Notes under the pieces: generated by a model | Database searches by the model: none | Seen by the model: only the letters and a program-made list of their open reading frames with translations | What the model was told of the DNA's origin: nothing | Source of the DNA: Octopus sinensis | Taxonomy: Eukaryota | DNA: 64,000 bases | Direction: 5' to 3' | NCBI RefSeq assembly: GCF_006345805.1 | Contig: NC_043000.1 | Location: 65,038,001-65,102,000, forward strand | Position numbers and translations under genes: made by a program | Shown here: piece by piece, positions 57,421 to 64,000 of the stretch | How positions within the stretch are numbered: the stretch's first letter is position 1 | Layout: the number at the start of each line of letters is the position of its first letter

Positions 57421-57698
57421 TTTAAAAAAGGAGATGTGGAACACGAGTTGTGATATATAAAAAGGAATGAAGGAAATGCTGACAAAATAATTTAAGTAAT
57501 TTAAGTAATTTAATTAGGTGAAAGTTCTTTTTACCGGTTGCGCATTTGTTATGCTTATCAAAATATATTTTTTAAAGAGAGATTCTTTAAAAAATATATT
57601 TTGATAAGCATAACAAATGCGCAACCGGTAAAAAGAACTTTCACCTAATTAAATTACTTAAATTACTTAAATTATTTTGTCAGCATTTTCTTCATTTC

Positions 57699-57705
<7 letters not shown>
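57421..57705. mobile_element. Near-perfect palindrome (family P8) with AT-shifted hammerhead motif in both arms
   Basis: ~57455-57577 pairs with ~57585-57705; TTGATAA-gcat-aacaa-atgc-GCAAC-cg-GTA at 57601-57630; ~33-nt unpaired tail 57421-57453; (TA)n flanks. Confidence 0.7.
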
Positions 57706-57737
<32 letters not shown>

Positions 57738-57762
57738 CATGCCTACCTACATATATATATAT

Positions 57763-57800
<38 letters not shown>

Positions 57801-57814
57801 GCATATGCATATAT

Positions 57815-58010
57815 ATGTAGTCAATTCAAATAAACGAATAAAAACTGATAACACGAGGACGTGCATAAGAAATATATTAGCATTAGGATCGGCGATAGAA
57901 GAGAGTTTGACGTTTCGAGCATAGCTCTTTGTCGGAAAGGAAAAAGGGAAAAGTCCAAAGAGGGAAAAGAAATCGCAAAACGACACACGTCTAGTTACAT
58001 TGCTGAAATA
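57815..58010 (-). mobile_element. Short pLTR-like element (P6-like) with minimal hammerhead
   Basis: Minus ttt-CCGACAA-a-gagc-tat-gctc-GAAAC-GTC-aaa at 57906-57938. Confidence 0.6.
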
Positions 58011-58379
58011 ATATATCAATAGCAGATGTTGCTTTTGGCCGAACGGTTAAGAAGCTCGCTTCACAAGCACGAGGTCGCACGTTCGATCACATTTCGACAC
58101 AACTTGGGAAAATGTCATCTCTTACAACCACGAGTCAGTCTATTCCATATGTTGCGAGTCAAACTGAATACCTACATACATACATACATACATAAATAGT
58201 ACAATATATAAACTTATACAATATCGATAATATAATAAATACCAAGCAAATTGTTTTGGAATGGAATGGCTTGTCATGTATGTATGTATGGATGGATGGA
58301 TGTATGGATGTATGGATGGATCGATGGATGGAGGTAGGTAGGTAGGTACTTACGTACGTATGTATGCATGCATGTATGT

Positions 58380-58676
58380 GAAGTCTCCTGTCAAAAACGA
58401 CGCATGAGTGTTCAGCTCTTTTTGATGGATGATCTGCACAAATGATTTGCTTATACTGATCAAATATATGCGTTATGCTTGAACTCACTCCCGCCATCGA
58501 ATCGCCATTGCTTGAACAAGTGTACAGTATGTCACACGTCAGATGTCGAAGTGATCGGAGAGCAACGTGAGGTGAAATTGCTTTGCCCAATGACACAATG
58601 CGTCTCCCGGTCAGGGAATCGAACCCATGATCTAGCGATCATGAGTTCTGCACTATTATCGCTCGGCTACGCACCA
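58380..58676 (-). mobile_element. tRNA-derived SINE, family C
   Basis: Minus head ggtgcgtagccgagcg (A box), ggttcgattcc (B box), then gtgtcattgggcaaagcaatttcacctcacgttgctc. Confidence 0.7.
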
Positions 58677-59521
58677 TGACACATACGCTTGCACATACAC
58701 ACACAAACACATCACCCCCCCCCCACACACACACACAAACGCACACGCACACACACATACACACACACTGAGTTTTTAATATAAGCGTTTGTTTAGAGTG
58801 TGACGTGCATCACTAAAGAAGGCAGGAAAAGCAATATGAAAGGAAAAGGAAAATCGAAATGGAAATGCAGAAGAAAAAATTGAATCAAACCGCGTTAATG
58901 CGAAACTGTGCCAACCGAATACCGTGCACACGTATACACTCATTCTCACCCCAAAGAGGTGAATACGCTTCGCTGATAAGATCTAATAAAATCTGTTGCT
59001 GTAACCAGCTCACATTAAAAGCAAGATCCATTTCAAACTGCAGTGTCTTTTTGTTTTCAGAGATTTGAAATAGTTGTTATTATTAAAGTTATCTCTTCTC
59101 GGATGTTGTTTTTAGATTTAGAACACTTTGAACCCACCCTCACAAGCGGCGGTTTTTATACTAGCAAAAAAAACTCAACTAATACACGTTTTTCAACTTA
59201 CTATATACACACACTCACAAGAGCGCACGCGCACACATATGTAGATATGTATGTATGCATGCATGCATGCATGTTGTATGTATATATGCATGTATATATG
59301 TATGTATGTATATATGTATGTATGCATGTATGTATGTATCTATGTATATATCTCTGTATAAAGACATGCTCCAAACTTTAGATTTATACATATAATTTTC
59401 CCTGTTAAACTTTCACCGATTGTCGGAGTAATACTATTCACACTAAGTTTCTTTGTCTTTCGTCGCTTTTGATTTTATACTTGAATCCGTCGCTCATCAT
59501 ACACACACGCATATATATATA

Positions 59522-59572
<51 letters not shown>

Positions 59573-59589
59573 ATATATAATATATATAT

Positions 59590-59686
59590 ATATATATATA
59601 CATATAAATTATATATTTTTATGTACATACATATATAAGGAATACTAGGAACTCTACAACAGTCACTCACACACACACACACACAC

Positions 59687-59721
<35 letters not shown>

Positions 59722-60004
59722 TATAAATTAGGGTATCTACGAGATACCACCATGCTGAAAATAGCAGCCATGAACCGACTCTAAAACCACCTTAAGTTTT
59801 CATATAGCAACATGGAGAAAAGACAGAGAGACAAGATGAAACTAGTAAAAAATTACTGGAGAATTCTAGATCCCGGATTTCTGACTTTGCGTTTAGAAAT
59901 GCTTTGCCTTGTCAGTAGATATATATATATATATATACATATAAATTATATATTTTTATGTACATACATATATAAGGAATACTAGGAACTCTACAACAGT
60001 CACT

Positions 60005-60045
<41 letters not shown>

Positions 60046-60241
60046 TATAAATTAGGGTATCTACGAGATACCACCATGCTGAAAATAGCAGCCATGAACC
60101 GACTCTAAAACCACCTTAAGTTTTCATATAGCAACATGGAGAAAAGACAGAGAGACAAGATGAAACTAGTAAAAAATTACTGGAGAATTCTAGATCCCGG
60201 ATTTCTGACTTTGCGTTTAGAAATGCTTTGCCTTGTCAGTA

Positions 60242-60243
<2 letters not shown>
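59590..60243 (+). repeat. Tandem duplication, ~325-340-bp unit bounded by (TA)n
   Basis: catataaattata...gccttgtcagtag at 59601-59918 and 59938-60242; differs only in microsatellite lengths. Confidence 0.9.
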
Positions 60244-60285
<42 letters not shown>

Positions 60286-60407
60286 TATATATATACATAA
60301 ATAAAGTGCAGACATGACTATGTGACCCACTTCGCAGGAGAAATATCTCCTACGATAACCCGGACCGACCGATATCTTGTTAGTGAATTTGCAATATATA
60401 TATATAT

Positions 60408-61282
60408 AAGCCAATTTGCAGTTGAAAATGCACTTAAATTTGAAAAACTTGTAATTGTCTTAAAATAAATTTATTTGCATATATACCAAACTAGTTTCAA
60501 CAATATTTTTTGTTTATCAATAGTAAAAAATTTAGAATTATGAATTAGAAAAACATGTTTAAATGTTTTAATGTTGACAAGTTTAAATGTTCATAATAAA
60601 CAAATTTAGAATTATGAATTAAGAAAACATGTTTAAAAGTGTCAACGTTGACAAGTTTAAGTGTTCATAGCAGTCAATAATATAAAAACTGTTGATCAAC
60701 TTGTTTAAATTTACAAAATTCAGCGAAAGTTCCTGCACACGACGGAAAGAGAATCACAGAAACTGTAACCAAATTCCCCTTTTTTTACTATCTTCATTTC
60801 TCCCTTGTTTTTCTCCTTCTTAATTCAGTATGACTGAAACTTTGATTATATTCATTTCTTGATGACTACTACTACTAACACTATAAATGTTTCAGTCGTA
60901 CTGAATTAAGAGGGAGAAAAACAAGGGAGAAATGAAGATAGTAAAAAAAAAAGGGGAATTTGGTTTACAGTTTCTGTGATTCTCTTTCCGTCGTGTGCAG
61001 GAACTTTCGCTGAATTTTGTGAATTTAAATAAGTTGATCAACAGTTTTTATATTATTGACCGTTATGAACATTTAAACTTGTCAACATTGAAACTTTTAA
61101 ACATGTTTTTCTAATTCATAATTCTAATTTTTTACTATTGATAAACAAAAAATATTGTTGAAACTAGTTTGGTATATATGCAAATAAATTTACAAGAAAA
61201 TTTTTCAAATTTAGGTGTATTTTCAACAACAAATTTGCCTATATTTTTTCTTGCGTGGAAATACACCACGTCTTTTGTTTTA
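60408..61282 (+). mobile_element. Long foldback element (family P9) with AT-shifted hammerhead motif in both arms
   Basis: 60408-60840 pairs with 60889-61240; ~40-nt tail then (TA)n; tacta-TTGATAA-acaa-aaaata-ttgt-t-GAAAC-ta-GTT-tggta at 61133-61174, mirror 60484-60525. Confidence 0.7.
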
Positions 61283-61396
61283 TATATATATATAATATAT
61301 ATATATATATAAAGTAAAATGTGATTGAGGCAGCTAGTTTTCTGATGGAAGCAAAAAAATTAGGTTTTCATTGGTTTTTCAAGTCCTAGATTGCTA

Positions 61397-61520
61397 CTTT
61401 ATTTATCGACCCCGAAAGGATAACAAGGAAAAGTTGATATCAGTGAGATTAGATTCAGAAAGCTAAGAGTCAAAAGAGATACAACAAAGGAGTCTAACGG
61501 CTCAGCTATTTCACCACCTC
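61397..61520 (-). mobile_element. SINE family B, degenerate
   Basis: tttatcgaccccgaaaggataa... Confidence 0.55.
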
Positions 61521-61560
61521 TTACAAAAAAAAAAAAAAAAAAGAGAGAATATTGAAGATA

Positions 61561-61652
61561 TACCGTATTTTCCATTATGCAAGTCGAATATTTCAGATCA
61601 AAATTTACAGTCAAAAGAAGACAACATTGACTTGTATGCCGGAGAATACGTT
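61561..61652. mobile_element. Small Tc1/pogo-type MITE remnant
   Basis: taccgtattttcc...caagtc / gacttg...ggagaatacg imperfect TIRs. Confidence 0.45.
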
Positions 61653-62370
61653 GATATTAATTAATCAATGTGTTCCTTTCTTAGGTCCAACATTAATGTT
61701 TTGGATAATATGGAATTCACTCCAATACATTAAGATCGCTTATTATTGAAATCCGGTATGGAAATTAAATATGTCTTACAGTTGTTAATTCGTGACTTAA
61801 GGTGCCTTTCTTCCCTTGGCTAGTTATCAGTTGAAAGCAAAAATAACGCAGAGCACTGGTTAATTGCCATTATTTGGCATCTGGTGCACCAGTTGGCAGT
61901 AAAGATTAAGTCTTTAAATAGAGAGTAGAAAGTAGGAAATATGAATAAATAGATGCTTACAGTATGTTCAGGAGATTTGTTTCGAAGTATCGTAAGCCAT
62001 CAGACATCTTTCTTTTTTGTACTTCTATTCTTTGGAAATAATGATAGATTTGCCAAGAAATTGATTCAGAAGACAAACAGGTAGCTTTCTATAGCAGATA
62101 TGTAGCACACTAAAACGTATACCTGACTTGATAAAATAAAATTAGACAAACAACTATAAAAGAGAAAGCGCTCCAAATAAAAACATAAATAAAAATGGAA
62201 TAAAGGAGATAAGAGAAAGGAAAAAGAAAAAAAGAACAGTAATGTCAAAATAGATGCAAGATAGATAATAGAAATAGAACAGAGAGAGAAGCGGAAGAGA
62301 TAGTAAAATGGGAAAAATAAAGTACAGATGATATACAGAATATTAGGAGGAAGAGACAATTAAGATGTGC

Positions 62371-62445
<75 letters not shown>

Positions 62446-63008
62446 ATCAAAATAGCTAAAAAGAAATTCGAGGCTAAAAGTAGATTTAATTATATTCAAA
62501 GACAAATGACCGAATTAATTTCGTGTTTCAAAACTTTATTTACAGATTAATATAATCTCTAGATTTAATTCTTGTTTGTTTGTCGATCATAACAAACATT
62601 TTAGATTTGTTTTCTGGAAACTCATTTCTCTCTTTCATTCTTATTCCGTAGAAATTGTCTTTGCTGTAAAAATAAATCGGAAGAATTTTATTTCTATTTT
62701 CCTCTGACAAATTCCTTGTTTATTTGTATGGCTTCTCTGTACATATGTAAGTATATAAGCATTACGTACATGTATAAAACATCTGTAAATTCATACATAA
62801 ATTCAAAAATACTTTTTCTCTCTCTCTCTCTCACACATACACATATGTATGTAAGTGTGTGTGCGTGTGTACATGTGTGAGCGCGTATATATGTGTAAAC
62901 ACAAACACACACATATATGAATGTATATGAACACACACATACATATATGTGTGTGTGTGTTTGTGTAACAAATGAAAAGGGTGGCTTATTAGAACCTAAA
63001 GGTAAAAT

Positions 63009-63352
63009 TAATAGAGGTCACAAAAGTGACTGAGGGTGCTGACTAGCACCGCTTAAACTAAAAAAAAGAATTAAATTAACTCCAAAGCCACTAAATCCCT
63101 ATACTTAAATGACTGACAAAGGGAGGTAAGTCCCTAGCGTATATAGCTCTTTCGCGATTTCGAATCTTGGTGTAGACCACCTTAATTCTCAGCAGCAGCT
63201 CTTAGCGCATAGGGTTAAACCCAACTTCCTTGGTCAGAAAAATCGTTGAAATCATGTGCTGATTTTTAAAACGGTATATAACGACACGGCTATATATGCT
63301 AGGGACTTGCGGTGCTAGTCAGCACCGTCCGTCACTTTTGTGACCCCTATTA
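63009..63352. mobile_element. MITE with ~44-bp TIRs
   Basis: taatagaggtcacaaaagtgactgagggtgctgactagcaccgc / gcggtgctagtcagcaccgtccgtcacttttgtgacccctatta; inner IR aagtccctagc / gctagggactt. Confidence 0.8.
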
Positions 63353-63358
63353 CATATG

Positions 63359-63396
<38 letters not shown>

Positions 63397-63397
<1 letters not shown>

Positions 63398-63772
63398 CAA
63401 AATGAGACAAGAACGCAAAACATCCGGACAACTAGGTGATACAAAAAGGGACAACAAAACATCCAGATAAACGATACAAAGAAAACAAGGACGGGTCATT
63501 CGAAATTTTCTTGCACCAGATTATCCTCGCAGTTTCGGCTGATTATTCTTGAGATTGCTCCAATCTGGCCATATTTCGTTTTTGGATTTGGTTTGCAAGA
63601 TTCTTTATGTTGTATCTGGGGAGAGTCATTCTCTTTTAGTTCCTTATTATTTAACACACTCACCGGTAAAGTTTTCATTTACTTAATTATTTTCCCTAAA
63701 ATTTTCGTTGCGTCTTGCAACCTTTTCAATAGTCGTTGACTGTCTGTTATCCGAGTTGCGTTCTTTTTGTTT
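63397..63772. repeat. Dispersed repeat next to (TA)n; partial second copy at 27879-28010
   Basis: Shared atttcgtttttggatttggtttgcaagattctttat...tctggggagagt...atttaacacactca. Confidence 0.65.
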
Positions 63773-64000
63773 GTTTGTGCGCATGTTTGTCGGTCAGTGT
63801 GTGTACGCATAAACATGTATGTATGTATGTATGTATGTATGTATGTATGTATGTATGTATGTATGTATGTATGTATGTATGTATGTATGTATGAATGTAT
63901 GTATGTATGTATGTATGTATGTATGTATGTATGTATGTATGTATATATGTACATACGTGTGTGTGTGTATGCGTGTGTGTGTACAGAAAGAGAGCGAGAG

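Overview
AT-rich eukaryotic non-coding DNA saturated with (TA)n, (TATG)n, (CA)n, (GA)n and (GATA)n microsatellites and tRNA-derived SINEs. The SINE and microsatellite profile looks like an octopus (coleoid cephalopod) genome; this is inferred, not searched. I found no host protein-coding exon, and nearly all supplied ORFs are microsatellite translations. Recognisable elements are: a complete ORF-less LTR element (1319-4092; tRNA-Trp PBS, PPT, ATAT TSD), decayed Tigger/pogo, Tx1/L1, RTE, RLE-type LINE, Helitron and Penelope GIY-YIG fragments, several MITEs and local duplications. The main unexplained pattern is a dense set of short non-coding inserts, mostly in (TA)n tracts, from about 10 sequence families that look unrelated by eye. 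They share one architecture: an inverted arm, a sense arm and a short unpaired 3' tail. They carry minimal type-I hammerhead ribozyme motifs (CUGANGA...GAAA-palindrome-NUH), intact or decayed. Two families show ~500-nt head-to-tail or circularly permuted monomers, as expected for retrozyme-like or non-autonomous Penelope-like elements. All folds and alignments were done by eye.
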